A stretch of 64,000 nt of DNA from the IMG/VR virus record IMGVR_UViG_3300050343_000142, one strand, 5' to 3'. The position numbers were made by a program, and so were the translations under genes. Source of the stretch: an uncultured virus (IMG/VR IMGVR_UViG_3300050343_000142) (Duplodnaviria; Heunggongvirae; Uroviricota; Caudoviricetes). Each line of letters begins with the position of its first letter. Position 1 is the stretch's first letter. Of this stretch, positions 39,501 through 49,456 are shown piece after piece. The notes beneath the pieces were generated by a model. That model was not told where the DNA came from and did no database searches. It saw only the letters and a program-made list of their open reading frames with translations.

Positions 39501-42500
39501 GCATCATCTAAATCTTTTTTCAACATAGAAAACAAAGGAAATTTTTCCATCTCAGTTACTACTTCACCATACGAAGTTGTAAACTGTTTTTGTCTTTGCC
39601 TAAATACTTCTACAAACTCTTCAGTACCTCTAGTAACTACTTCATATTGCAATCCAATATTTTTAACTTGGTCGTTAAGTGTATCTGAATCAAGTATCAA
39701 ACTACCTGTAAAAGAGTCTTGAAATATTCCAAAACCATCGCCAATACTTTCGATAATACCTTCAAAATCATCACCAGCTGAGCTTGCAAACTCTTTGAGT
39801 AATTTTCCAGCAGCGAGTTCATCTTTTAATAATTGCATTCGCTCTCTTTCAGCACCAGATTTTATTGGCTGAGCTTCTAAGTCACTCAATTCCTGTTGTG
39901 TTTCTTCAAAGTTCTGAACTGCTGTCAATAAGGAATTAGTTGTACTATTTTCAAAATCTTGTATTTGTCTTCCAACCATTATGAAATATTCTTCAAGGTC
40001 AAAAGTAGTTCCCAATGCTTTATTAATTGCCTCTAACCTAGCTTCTACATTTATACCACTTTCTTTAGTATCTAGTGTTAGACTTTTTCCTAACTCAGCA
40101 GTTGATTTGTCAATATTGAAAGCCGCTTGAGCAATACCTTTATCCATATCAATTAATTGCTGCGTGTAAGTGTCTATTAATCCCTGGTCAGGAGTAGCTC
40201 TTTGTAGTTCCTCATCTAAAGCATTTTGTATCATGTCTCTTTGTAGTCCACTAAATGTCAATTGGTCTTGTAAATCAATGACTGCTTTAATTTCGTCACC
40301 AATTTCTCTAATAGCTTGAGATGTTTTTTTAGCGTTTTCCCACAATTTCATCATATAAGAAAATATAAGTGTACTCGCAATCATTACTCCCATCATTGAA
40401 ACTAATGACATTAAAGCTGCTTTAAGACCCATTATGGCTGCACCTAAACTCTGAGTAGCAACTTTAAATGCTTGTGAGCCTTGTGCTGAAGATAGCATAG
40501 CTTCTTTGTTTGCCATAAGAGCTTTACGTTTCATAAATAAAGCTTTAATTAAGGCTCTAGTTGTTGTAGTAGTTTTTGCTTGTTCTGCACTAAGACCTGC
40601 TAGACCTTTAATTACAGGACCAATCTCTCTGGCAGTTCTACCAAAGCTACTTCTCATTAACCCTGTTTGCTTACTACCAGTATCACCAATACTTTGGGTG
40701 TTAGGTACTAATCTAGTTCTAGCTTCCTTAACTGCAACTTTTTCTAAAAGAACGTCAGTTTCTTGGAGTTCTCTATTAAGAGAATTTACAGAAACTTCCA
40801 TTCCGTTAATACTATCTTTAACAGCAGGTTCTGCTTTTTTAGCAGCATCACCCTGCTTGTTGAAATTTTGAACCGTTTCGAGCATTTCTTGATTCATAAT
40901 TTGCAATTCGTTGTGATAGCCTTGTAAACCTTTTTGGTTTTGCTTGAGTTCTTTCTCTTGGGCTCGCATGCCTTTTTTTGTTTTGTCAATACTCTTAGTT
41001 AACTCTCTAAACTCTGTTGAAGTTTTATCAGTCATGGCATTTAATTGTCGTTCCTGCTCTTCTAGTTTTTCAAATTCCTTAGCCATTAAGCGAGCATCTT
41101 GCCTCAAGTTATCAAATTCTTCTATTTCATTATTTTTTGTCATGAACTCTATTGCCTCGTCACTACCAGCACCAGTTGCGGCTCTATTCATTCCTGCTTG
41201 TGCGTCTATAGCTTTCTGTGAATTACTTTTAGCCGTAGCAGCAGTAGCCTGACCTTTTTCGTTACCAATTTTATCTTCTAGTGCAGCAATCTTAGTAAGA
41301 ATCTGATTACGTCGTTCTTCTAATTCAAGTTGCTTTTTACTTATGGTAATATTTTTTTGTTCCTCTTGATTAATAGCTTGCAATAATCGTATTCTGTCCT
41401 GGTCTCTTGCACCTAATTGTTGTTCGACACCATCATCACCCATCATAGTAAGCTCAGAAGGGTCGCCAGTTGGTAGTTGACCTCCAAATCTATCAAGAAG
41501 TCTTTTATTTTCAGCACTATCAAAAACATCTATACCTTGGATTTGTGCTGCATCAAGTATGTTTGTCATACCAGCTGTGTTTCTTCCTAAAGATGCTTGT
41601 TGTGCTAAATAGCTTTCCCTATTCAAACCAATTTGCTGTTGGTCAGAGCTCATTAGCATAGCTGCATTTGCAAAATTGTTTCTTTCGCCAGCACCACGAA
41701 GACCATCGTTCATTAATCTAATTTTATTATCTACGCCACTACCCATCATTCCAGCACTCATAGCCACTTGATTTAATTGTGTCATTTTTTTAAGTGATGC
41801 GACTACAAGGTTTATAGCTACTGCAGTTGCAGTAAATCCAGCAGCTATGTTTCTTAGATTTCGAGTTGTAGTACCACCAGTAATTGTGGTGAGCATACTA
41901 ACTAATGAATTAATAGGACCAAGAGTATTATTTCCAACTTCAATACCTAATGCATTTACATTGTTTCTTAAAATTCCTAATTGAGATACAACAGTTTCAT
42001 ATCTTTTTTCTGCCTCAGTTTGAAGAGCATTATTAACTGCAAACTCTTCATTTGCAGATTTCATAGCTTCTCTTACATCATCAGAAGCAAGAGCCATAGA
42101 ACGTAAAGCTCTAAGTGTTCTTTGCTGACCTAATCCTAATTCTTCTAATAATTGAACTGTGTTTGCACCAGCGTTACCTACTTGTTGTAATCCATCTAAG
42201 AATGCAACGAAAGCTTGGGCAGGTGCAGCTTGTGCTAATTTTGCAAATGACTCTGATGTCATTCCTGATACTTTTGCAAATATAGATAGCTCTCTACCAC
42301 CTTCCATTACAGATGTAGCCATAATGTCTAATGACCTTGCAACAGCAGTAGAACCAGCTTGTGTTTGCTGACCTACCTGTTTCAAAGCAGCTGCTAAAGC
42401 TAAAGAGTCAGCAGCAGTGTTTGATGTAGATGATTCAAGAACTTCTAAAGCAGAAGCAATCTTCATAGCTGTGTTAACTATTTCAGATTCTGTAGCAGCA

Positions 42501-43066
42501 AATTCGTTACCTAATCTAACTAATACAGACGCTAAGTTACCTAAGTTTCTTTCAGGTAATCTTGTAATCGCTGCAAGCCTTGATAAAGCAAATGATGCTT
42601 CTTCTGCTGACATAGTTGTAGCAACAGTTAATTGAGAAATAGTTTTTGTAAAGTTTGTTATAGCACCAGCAGATATACCTAACTGACCACCAATCTCTCC
42701 AATTTTTGCTAACTCAGTAGCAGCCATTGGTGTAGTCCTAGAAAGGTCAACTAAATTTTTAGATAGGGATTTAAAGTTTGCTTCTTGTGCCTTTGCAGCA
42801 CTTCCTGTGAATGTTAATGTTTTTCTTACGCCTGCGAATGAATCTTCAAATTGTACTGCTGCTCTACCAGCGAATGAGAAAGCGGCGAATGCTGAGGCAC
42901 CAACAGCGGCGAATGCTGGTACGAAGGACGCCATTGAGGAAGCAACAGTTGCAGTCTTTCTTTGAAGACCACTTAATTCATTTGCTATACCTTTAGTTGC
43001 TTTTGAGAGAGAGCTGTTGTTCGATTGGAACTCCAGCATCACCTTTATCGATGCGTCTTTAGCCAT
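36515..43066 (-). CDS. tape measure protein (TP901-like)
   Basis: 2183 aa, helical and Ala-rich; FEDSFAGVRKT, LGNEFAATESEI; follows the chaperones. Confidence 0.95.
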   Translation of the reverse strand: MAKDASIKVMLEFQSNNSSLSKATKGIANELSGLQRKTATVASSMASFVPAFAAVGASAFAAFSFAGRAAVQFEDSFAGVRKTLTFTGSAAKAQEANFKSLSKNLVDLSRTTPMAATELAKIGEIGGQLGISAGAITNFTKTISQLTVATTMSAEEASFALSRLAAITRLPERNLGNLASVLVRLGNEFAATESEIVNTAMKIASALEVLESSTSNTAADSLALAAALKQVGQQTQAGSTAVARSLDIMATSVMEGGRELSIFAKVSGMTSESFAKLAQAAPAQAFVAFLDGLQQVGNAGANTVQLLEELGLGQQRTLRALRSMALASDDVREAMKSANEEFAVNNALQTEAEKRYETVVSQLGILRNNVNALGIEVGNNTLGPINSLVSMLTTITGGTTTRNLRNIAAGFTATAVAINLVVASLKKMTQLNQVAMSAGMMGSGVDNKIRLMNDGLRGAGERNNFANAAMLMSSDQQQIGLNRESYLAQQASLGRNTAGMTNILDAAQIQGIDVFDSAENKRLLDRFGGQLPTGDPSELTMMGDDGVEQQLGARDQDRIRLLQAINQEEQKNITISKKQLELEERRNQILTKIAALEDKIGNEKGQATAATAKSNSQKAIDAQAGMNRAATGAGSDEAIEFMTKNNEIEEFDNLRQDARLMAKEFEKLEEQERQLNAMTDKTSTEFRELTKSIDKTKKGMRAQEKELKQNQKGLQGYHNELQIMNQEMLETVQNFNKQGDAAKKAEPAVKDSINGMEVSVNSLNRELQETDVLLEKVAVKEARTRLVPNTQSIGDTGSKQTGLMRSSFGRTAREIGPVIKGLAGLSAEQAKTTTTTRALIKALFMKRKALMANKEAMLSSAQGSQAFKVATQSLGAAIMGLKAALMSLVSMMGVMIASTLIFSYMMKLWENAKKTSQAIREIGDEIKAVIDLQDQLTFSGLQRDMIQNALDEELQRATPDQGLIDTYTQQLIDMDKGIAQAAFNIDKSTAELGKSLTLDTKESGINVEARLEAINKALGTTFDLEEYFIMVGRQIQDFENSTTNSLLTAVQNFEETQQELSDLEAQPIKSGAERERMQLLKDELAAGKLLKEFASSAGDDFEGIIESIGDGFGIFQDSFTGSLILDSDTLNDQVKNIGLQYEVVTRGTEEFVEVFRQRQKQFTTSYGEVVTEMEKFPLFSMLKKDLDDADIENALEQLNGYILLGEVTRRQGVGNVDSLGDANSTFIKMQNEGLIKQMNFLKQNGVMMQDIDPIKDRDRAIREVSNASRVYQQQQIAQAQASAQSLGILEFQMTKFERALNESLKRASGNLATVFGGMPETIRKSVDRMLEEMVIKEARLKNFQNDVKRLSSIAPMLAKDIAEQGLAAEEILDDLLQDPVAAFTLEASMTRIAPFKAEDLGISEQEIEKMQQSGLILGENASKGIIMGIQNNSKELEEVFVGTMKNAIDATRYYIKEGSPSKLTAEVLGEPLAQGIALGIFREDGTIKEALTTVISDAIAEGQVLLMTIPEAVSSLTKALNMMFAVTGAQRGVTAANFAVQKSEQSLMATRRKNATLSERILKNQISLQKAELEGRKNNITMTEELNILQQKISIDQMKKDMSGKKSASERKAIADAEKELEELRLAAEAGIVDSLDVEIAEEKLAELKGTNKTIEEQRVEILKLAEAEKSLQQTEKEAREIDQELIALREENIALLDEAANSSFELQTAYDNLDASTENVFTSEMKYADARDKFADFAKSSPELFNALVDGYGGVGSTIDLIKQKTDLFVSTTETGADRAIRAIREIVTEANAAFAHVQSLDLLGNTSFDSAPDDAMNRRNTVGRAEEFNQLFEGSALEPFLEFFRKGSAKANSATQLGKTSGNDRSVFTDFDDYTASQNALRRVQQGQDITFSDYNRALQSFLGVATNLDSAGQINFSQSQIENLGIADTSSLAIAEGSGSNQNYGSTVLGTTGFGLGDTGDLSRLSDKEKVTYDYVKDDSLGINQNTYNLRNRQNVIDMYNRATGNNTGSLEEVLEYFGMDGIPQVTAGVNKGKRFHPKTGLEISGSMDQDLIYKEALQNNNVAYFDDLYMKARGLLDGLGQKKYQYILKRKYGGGMKPFQRALVGEYGPEMVTALPQGGLRVTPEGSERSGSITVGSLNVNVTGVPTDPLQARKAAVQIQKALVNLEKEGVSGTGLSRR

Positions 43067-43069
43067 ATC

Positions 43070-43408
43070 CTATCTCGTTTTACCTTGTCGCTTGCTCTCC
43101 TTTACAAACTGTTCAACTGATAATTGCTTTCTTGGTCTGTTACGTCCTCGAATTCTATCAAGTTCTGTTTTGACCCAACCTTTAGGTGGTTCCGTTCCTT
43201 CTTTAGATTTATAAGAAGTACCTTCTTGTGCTGCACTAAAAAATGGAGCATAAAATACGGATTCATCTACAGGAAGATTCACAAGTAACACCATGAACCG
43301 TCTCCAGGTTATTATACCTGCGTCTTCTATAGAATAGTGTCTTTGAAAATCTGCTTCTATTTGAGACCAACGATAAATTATCTCGATAGTCTCAAAAGTT
43401 ATTTTGGG
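43070..43408 (-). CDS. tail assembly chaperone, -1 frameshift extension
   Basis: The -1 frame is open from CCCAAAA: ..IEADFQRHY..TWRRFMVLL.., in frame with ORF 43070-43294. Confidence 0.85.
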   Translation of the reverse strand, partial: PKITFETIEIIYRWSQIEADFQRHYSIEDAGIITWRRFMVLLVNLPVDESVFYAPFFSAAQEGTSYKSKEGTEPPKGWVKTELDRIRGRNRPRKQLSVEQFVKESKRQGKTR

Positions 43409-43770
43409 GTATCGTCTTCGCCTTCTTCAGGTTCGACTTCGACTTCTTCGTCTACGTCTTGAACTATCTGATATTCTTGTAACAAATACTGTAACAATTC
43501 TTCTAACTGTGTCCATGTGGCACCTTCGTCAAGAATTTCTTCCATTGTTTCTTCACCAACTATTGATGACAACCACTCTGGTACAGCTGCTGTAGGCATT
43601 GCTCCTGTTTCATCCATCCAACGCATTTGTGCTAAAACAGTTCTAGCAGGTAGTGCAGGGGGAAATGTATATATTTTTTCGTTTAATTTAACCTGAATAG
43701 GTTCTTTCTCTGATTCTTTTGTTGCAGAATCAAAGTCTTTGTATCTTTTGTCAGCCACGCCGACCTCCAA
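43399..43770 (-). CDS. tail assembly chaperone
   Basis: Between tail tube and tape measure; ends at the slippery site; true start probably the GTG after GGAGG. Confidence 0.85.
   Translation of the reverse strand: MEVGVADKRYKDFDSATKESEKEPIQVKLNEKIYTFPPALPARTVLAQMRWMDETGAMPTAAVPEWLSSIVGEETMEEILDEGATWTQLEELLQYLLQEYQIVQDVDEEVEVEPEEGEDDTPK
43402..43408 (-). promoter_or_regulatory. programmed -1 frameshift slippery site C CCA AAA
   Basis: XXXYYYZ heptamer directly before the TAA. Confidence 0.85.
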
Positions 43771-43801
43771 TCATAATCATTATTATTTAATTTTAACTAT
43801 C

Positions 43802-44449
43802 TTAGTTAATGTCAAACACTTCAGAGTCATTTGTATTATCAATGATTCTGAATAAGTCTGTGTATTGTGACACGGATTTTGGTTTAAGTACCTTAAACTC
43901 AATTCCTATAACAACTTTTTGTGGGGCTTTTTGATGAGCCATTGAGAAAGCTCCAACGTTTATAGAACGTGGAATTTCTACATGTCTATCAGCACCATTA
44001 GGTCCGTCAACAATTAACAGTAATGATTTCTCATCAAAGTCATCTGTTGAAGGTGGCAAAATTGCGTTATATCCTGAGACATAACCATTTGAACCGTCAC
44101 CAGTTGTTATTGTTCCACCACCAAGAGCTACTTGAATGTTAGCTTGTGAAGCTTGTGCAAGTTCACCAGTTAATCTAACTTCTTGAGCAGTCTTGAAAGT
44201 AGCAATTGGGTCTATTTCTTCAGCAACCATTATGTCTTCAAATGTTTTATCCATTTCAAGAGTCCAACCGTCTTCTGAATATCCAACGTCAAGCCAGCCA
44301 GATGCAGGGTCAGCCCATGCATTTGCACCGTCGTCTGTTGGGAATGCTACGTAATCGCCAGATGCATTACCATCATTACCGATTGCTGCAACATAAAGTA
44401 CACCAGTTCCGACAATAACTTCAGATATTGTACCATTTGTACTTGGCAT
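43802..44449 (-). CDS. major tail (tube) protein
   Basis: G.G.LYVA, W.DVGYSEDG motif; gene position. Confidence 0.85.
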   Translation of the reverse strand: MPSTNGTISEVIVGTGVLYVAAIGNDGNASGDYVAFPTDDGANAWADPASGWLDVGYSEDGWTLEMDKTFEDIMVAEEIDPIATFKTAQEVRLTGELAQASQANIQVALGGGTITTGDGSNGYVSGYNAILPPSTDDFDEKSLLLIVDGPNGADRHVEIPRSINVGAFSMAHQKAPQKVVIGIEFKVLKPKSVSQYTDLFRIIDNTNDSEVFDIN

Positions 44450-44462
44450 AATTATCTCCTAA

Positions 44463-44780
44463 TTATTCTTCTTCTACTTCAGTATCTTGCAAGACACTGC
44501 CATTTTTGGCAAAGTCTTCAATGTCTTTACCCACATAGTCATCTGAAGCATCATTGTCTTCTTCTTCAGCGACTTCCTCATCAACTTCAATAAGTAAAGG
44601 ATAGGCTTTTCCAGCTAGTGTCCAAGTCTTATCCTTCAGTCTATTCCAGTCTGAGGACTCAATTTCCACCCATTCGTTTTGACTGAACATAATGCCAGTC
44701 ACAACGTCTTTTGCTTTGTTCTGTGTGAACAAAGGATTAAGCTTTACTTTAATTTTAACTTTATCTTCTTTTCCAAACAT
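44463..44780 (-). CDS. hypothetical protein
   Basis: AGGAG RBS; in the operon. Confidence 0.65.
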   Translation of the reverse strand: MFGKEDKVKIKVKLNPLFTQNKAKDVVTGIMFSQNEWVEIESSDWNRLKDKTWTLAGKAYPLLIEVDEEVAEEEDNDASDDYVGKDIEDFAKNGSVLQDTEVEEE

Positions 44781-44788
44781 AAAATCTC

Positions 44789-45271
44789 CTATACTGCTCT
44801 GTACATCATACTCAATGCTATTGAGTACCTACCTAATCCAGTGGCAGTTTCTTCTACTCTGGTAGGCATCTGCATTATTTGAAACCCGTAAATCTTCGCT
44901 CTTAACGGAGTAGCATCATCAGATGTTATATACCCATTACTATAGTTGAAAGCTGACTGAATCACGGCATTTGAAAGTTCATATGCTTTTCCATAATCAG
45001 GAGTACCAGTGTTAGCTGACCCTCCCCATTTACCAGCAAAACAATCCATAGGCATTAGAGCTGCTTGCATGTGTACTTCTGACATAGGATTTACTAATTG
45101 TCCACCTGCTCTATATAAAGTTAAAAAAGGTAGTGCTGCTTCCCTAGGTAATCTAGTAGCTATATTTTGTCCAACAATGTCAGTAATAGCAGATTGTCCC
45201 ATAGCCCATTTACGCAATATAATTTCTGCGTCAGGTGGTGCTTTTTGACCTGTATCTAATGTATTTGGCAT
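44789..45271 (-). CDS. tail terminator-like protein
   Basis: Size, position before the tube gene, LP....LPFL.L.R.GG motif. Confidence 0.75.
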   Translation of the reverse strand: MPNTLDTGQKAPPDAEIILRKWAMGQSAITDIVGQNIATRLPREAALPFLTLYRAGGQLVNPMSEVHMQAALMPMDCFAGKWGGSANTGTPDYGKAYELSNAVIQSAFNYSNGYITSDDATPLRAKIYGFQIMQMPTRVEETATGLGRYSIALSMMYRAV

Positions 45272-45308
45272 ATTTTCATACTAACTTATTTAAAGAAAGT
45301 TTAGGTTA

Positions 45309-48300
45309 TTACCTTAATCTAACTCTTACAAGAGAAAATAAATCTATCTTACTTTTGTTTGAATTAGTTCTTAGCACTGCTTTCATTTGTTCTATCATAA
45401 ATGAATCTAAAACCCTAGACCCACCACCAAATCTCTCACCTAATGCATGTCCTTTTCTTCTAGCACTTTGACCTGTAGCTAGTTTCCCATAATCAGTTGT
45501 TGGGTCAAATACGGCAATTAGTTCCTTTTTAACTTCTTGATTCTCCTCTACTGCTAGGAATAGGTGTAGAAGGGTAAACATTTCCTCATCACTATAACTA
45601 AGTGAACTAATTCTTGTTAAAGCTTTTTTAAACTTAGGAGTCGCTTTTCCAGTCTGACCACCTGCAATAGATTCAAATTGACCTTCACCACCATATAAAC
45701 CTCCTATTATTGTTCCTGAGCCGTTTACTATAACATGACTTCGTACATCCTTATAAGCACGCATGAGGTCTTTAGATTGAGGACTGTCTAACATACTATC
45801 TACTCCTTCAAGAAGTTTCTCAGAAGATATGTCAGTTGCATTACCAATACCACCAAACAATCTATAATCACCTTTTTTTAATTCCTTTAAAGCTTGTTGT
45901 CCTGTTGGGTCGCCAAATTTATTTGATTTGCTTTTGTTTATGTTTGAACCAACACCACCTATATCATTTAAACCAGCGTTACCTTTTTTTTGGTTTCTTT
46001 CTAAATCTCTATAATTTTTGACACCTGGGTCGTCTTCATCTACTCTAATCTTGTATTTTACTTCTTTACCGTTAACAATCGCAGTTGCTTCTCTATAAGG
46101 GGTGCCCCTAAAAACTTCTACCTCAGTTTGATAATTATTACTCTCTGATAATGGAACTCTTCTATAAATAGGATTACCATTTGCCTGGTTACCAATCATT
46201 TCCATTCTGTATCCTAAATGATTTTCAACTGCTTTTAATTTAATTTTTCCATCGTCGGTCAACTCATTAAGTATGTCTTTAGCTACTGCTCCATCACCTT
46301 TCATTAATGCATTGTGGTATTGGGTATATTTAGATTGAATCATGATAGGTGCCATTTTGAATTGATTTAGATTCCTGTTACCAGAACCTCTAATAACACC
46401 TTCAATCTGCTTGTTTATATCATCTAGTTTTTCTCTTACTACAGGATGAGTAGCATTTAAATTACCGAGAACTTTAGCATTTGCTTGTGTAACAGCATCT
46501 TGATATCCTTTTTCGTACATTTGGTCTGCTTCAAATTCTAAGTCGTTATATGCCCTACGTTTTGCTTCACCTTTAAGTTTTTGTTTTTTGATTGCAGCTT
46601 GACCTTGTTCAACTTTAATCTTTATCTTGTCTTCAATTCCTTTTTGTATAACAGAAAGTTCTGACAAATATTCTGGAAATAATTCTTCTGCTGTTTCAGC
46701 AAGTGCTTGGCTCAAAATGTCATCTTCAGTATAAACACCACCCCTAACTCTAAAGTTTTGTCTTCTTAATTGAGTAGGTGTAAGCTGTCTTCTGTTTCCA
46801 AATTCGTTTCTACCTAAGTCATCACTTAAAATACCTGCTTGTCTTCTTCGAGCATCAGACCTAGCAAAAGCACCTGATAAGTAATATTCATCAGATAAAG
46901 GCATATCTCCAGATACACTTGTGAAATTCTTTTTTAAATCTTCTCTTAACTTATCAAATTCATTTAAAAATTCTGGTGGGTAATCTTTAGGACTTAGAGT
47001 ATGTGATAATCTATTTCCTGCATCATCAGTGAAGTAAACAGTGTTAGCACCTTTTCTGAGGCTATTGTATTCTCCAGCTTGAATTAAATTATCGGATACT
47101 TTCATATCATTAAATTTAAGCTTATTACCGTCTACAACCCTTGGACTTCTGGCTCGTTTTAAATCTTCTTTAAGTATTTCCCTTACTCTCTTATCTACTA
47201 ATAATGTAAATCCACCTTTTGTAGAAGTATGCTGATTTTTATCTTTTTGATATTGAGCAATAGCTTTAGTCTGACGTTGCCTCAGAGTTCCCATAACGTC
47301 TGCTTTACGGTTTGAAAATTTTAAGTCTGCATCTAAACCTAATTTGTTAGCAGCTTTTTGTGCTGCTTGATGAACAAACATACTTCTAGCATATACATAT
47401 CTATCTGTTCTGTTTCTTAAACTTCTTGACAAGTCAGTAGCTGGACCACCATATTCTATTTGTTCAACATCTCGAAGACCTTTATGTTGATAAAGCTCTA
47501 TACCGTAAGCTAAGAATCCACCTTTTGGATTTTTCTTGTGAAGATTTTTAGCATCTATCATTCTTAAACCTTTAATAATATCAGGTCGTGAAGCAATATA
47601 GTTATGCTCTTTGGGATTACTAGAAGAACGAACAAGTCTATAATTAGTATGGTCTAACTGATTGCTTACTTGACTGTATTCTCCAGTCTTATCTTTTATA
47701 GTACCACCAGTAACAACTTCTTTACTTCCTGCATACTTACCAGTTTTTGGGTCAATAATTTTTTGGTAACTTGTTTTCTTAGAATCTTTACCATACTTCA
47801 TTTCACTAGGACCCATTTGAGTACTAGAGCCACCAAAAAAACTTTCAAATATTTGTTGAGGTCCTTTGTATAAATCTACACCTAACGCTTCAGAAAGTAT
47901 CTCATTTACTCTTTGTTGTTGTACTTGAGTGGCATCTTCGTTAAATTGTGTATAACTACCAAATGTATCATCTGTAGTGGAATATTCAATTACAGAAGCT
48001 TTACCACCTCTGATTACAGATTCTTCTTTATTTGCTTTAGGATAAAAACTAGGACCTCCACCAGTACCATCATTAAACTGATTTTGTAGATAATGACTTC
48101 CAAATCCAAGAGTACCTGAATCATCATATCCAGTAATATTGGAAGCTGTTTCCATGACAGGTCTACCCATACTGTCAGTCATGTCTTGCTGAATAAACCT
48201 TGCACGTTGTCCTTTGTGACCTGTAGTTCCACCAGCTCCTAGTTTTGAGTGTTTGTTCAAAGTATTCATTATGTCTGAACTAAGGGCATTATATTTTTTC

Positions 48301-49088
48301 ATTATGTCGTCAGGGTCGCCACCTTGTTCCATTGCTTTTATTAAATATGTCATTTCAGGAGCACTCATACCAGCAGAACCCATATTTTGTAATATGTCTG
48401 CTCTTTTACTTAAATACGAATCTGTCTTACCTGCTTCTGCATCTGAGGCAAAACCCGCATCTCTTTTCATTGTTCTTTCCCTACCACCTTTCATAACTTT
48501 TCTAGCCTGTGTAGCATAAGGGTCAGGTGCTCCAGTTATAGCTTCAGCTAGTGCCATACCAGCCCAAGTTGGTCCTATACTTCCAGCAGTTTGCAATTGC
48601 TTCATTATTTTTCTTTGAGTACCAGCTACATTTTCAAATTCCATAGTCGTTGTAGTAAAGTAATTCATAAAATTACCTAATACTTTTCTTGAAAACTGAC
48701 CACCTTTAACACGTGCAAACCTACCAAAAGGTCCTCCACCCTGTGGTAAAACTTTACCTTGCACTCTACCAAAAGCTCTACCAGCTACAACCCAACCATA
48801 ACGAGCAGCAATAGAACGAACTAAACTATCAGAAGTTGCGAAAGCAGAAACTGTATTTAAAGTTTGTAATATACCATATGATGCATTGGACATGTTACTA
48901 AGAAACTGAGTTTTCATTCCAAATGACTTTGACCAGTTATAATATCTTAGAACACTGAAAGCTGTGGCTTCTTGTTTTCTCGATAAGAGGACATCTTTAC
49001 GACCTTCAGATACGTAGGTCTTTTTTGTTATTACCTTAGTTTCTTCACCAAACTGACCAGCAACACTTTTGGTTGATATATTAGGCAT
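45309..49088 (-). CDS. very large basic protein in the neck-gene (HK97 gp10-like) position
   Basis: 1259-aa ORF between head-closure and terminator genes; internal QIEYGG. Confidence 0.7.
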   Translation of the reverse strand: MPNISTKSVAGQFGEETKVITKKTYVSEGRKDVLLSRKQEATAFSVLRYYNWSKSFGMKTQFLSNMSNASYGILQTLNTVSAFATSDSLVRSIAARYGWVVAGRAFGRVQGKVLPQGGGPFGRFARVKGGQFSRKVLGNFMNYFTTTTMEFENVAGTQRKIMKQLQTAGSIGPTWAGMALAEAITGAPDPYATQARKVMKGGRERTMKRDAGFASDAEAGKTDSYLSKRADILQNMGSAGMSAPEMTYLIKAMEQGGDPDDIMKKYNALSSDIMNTLNKHSKLGAGGTTGHKGQRARFIQQDMTDSMGRPVMETASNITGYDDSGTLGFGSHYLQNQFNDGTGGGPSFYPKANKEESVIRGGKASVIEYSTTDDTFGSYTQFNEDATQVQQQRVNEILSEALGVDLYKGPQQIFESFFGGSSTQMGPSEMKYGKDSKKTSYQKIIDPKTGKYAGSKEVVTGGTIKDKTGEYSQVSNQLDHTNYRLVRSSSNPKEHNYIASRPDIIKGLRMIDAKNLHKKNPKGGFLAYGIELYQHKGLRDVEQIEYGGPATDLSRSLRNRTDRYVYARSMFVHQAAQKAANKLGLDADLKFSNRKADVMGTLRQRQTKAIAQYQKDKNQHTSTKGGFTLLVDKRVREILKEDLKRARSPRVVDGNKLKFNDMKVSDNLIQAGEYNSLRKGANTVYFTDDAGNRLSHTLSPKDYPPEFLNEFDKLREDLKKNFTSVSGDMPLSDEYYLSGAFARSDARRRQAGILSDDLGRNEFGNRRQLTPTQLRRQNFRVRGGVYTEDDILSQALAETAEELFPEYLSELSVIQKGIEDKIKIKVEQGQAAIKKQKLKGEAKRRAYNDLEFEADQMYEKGYQDAVTQANAKVLGNLNATHPVVREKLDDINKQIEGVIRGSGNRNLNQFKMAPIMIQSKYTQYHNALMKGDGAVAKDILNELTDDGKIKLKAVENHLGYRMEMIGNQANGNPIYRRVPLSESNNYQTEVEVFRGTPYREATAIVNGKEVKYKIRVDEDDPGVKNYRDLERNQKKGNAGLNDIGGVGSNINKSKSNKFGDPTGQQALKELKKGDYRLFGGIGNATDISSEKLLEGVDSMLDSPQSKDLMRAYKDVRSHVIVNGSGTIIGGLYGGEGQFESIAGGQTGKATPKFKKALTRISSLSYSDEEMFTLLHLFLAVEENQEVKKELIAVFDPTTDYGKLATGQSARRKGHALGERFGGGSRVLDSFMIEQMKAVLRTNSNKSKIDLFSLVRVRLR

Positions 49089-49435
49089 TATTCGAAATAA
49101 ATAAGTTCAGCTGTTACTGAGAATAATCTGCCTACTCGATTGTGACTTTTCCTTACACTACTAATTTCAAAATATTGGTCTTCATCATCCCAGTAAATTC
49201 TATCAGATGACTTTAAATCTACTGTACCAGTAAAGTATGCTGACCAGTTTTGCACGACAGTATTTCTACCATCTCTACTTTCTGTTTCATTACCAAAGAC
49301 CATACGAGTAGGTACATTAGTAGCTACATTAGTCCATACATCTGAATCTAAACCACGAGTGTCATAATTAGCACCAACAGTTCTTTGAATAGAAATTCTG
49401 TGTATTAATAAACGTTCGGGATATGAGCCTGCCAT
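49088..49435 (-). CDS. head closure / head-tail adaptor (SPP1 gp16-like)
   Basis: HRISIQR, W..VA, DRI...YFEI pattern; position. Confidence 0.8.
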   Translation of the reverse strand: MAGSYPERLLIHRISIQRTVGANYDTRGLDSDVWTNVATNVPTRMVFGNETESRDGRNTVVQNWSAYFTGTVDLKSSDRIYWDDEDQYFEISSVRKSHNRVGRLFSVTAELIYFE

Positions 49436-49456
49436 ACTATAAATCTAGCAGTTAGA

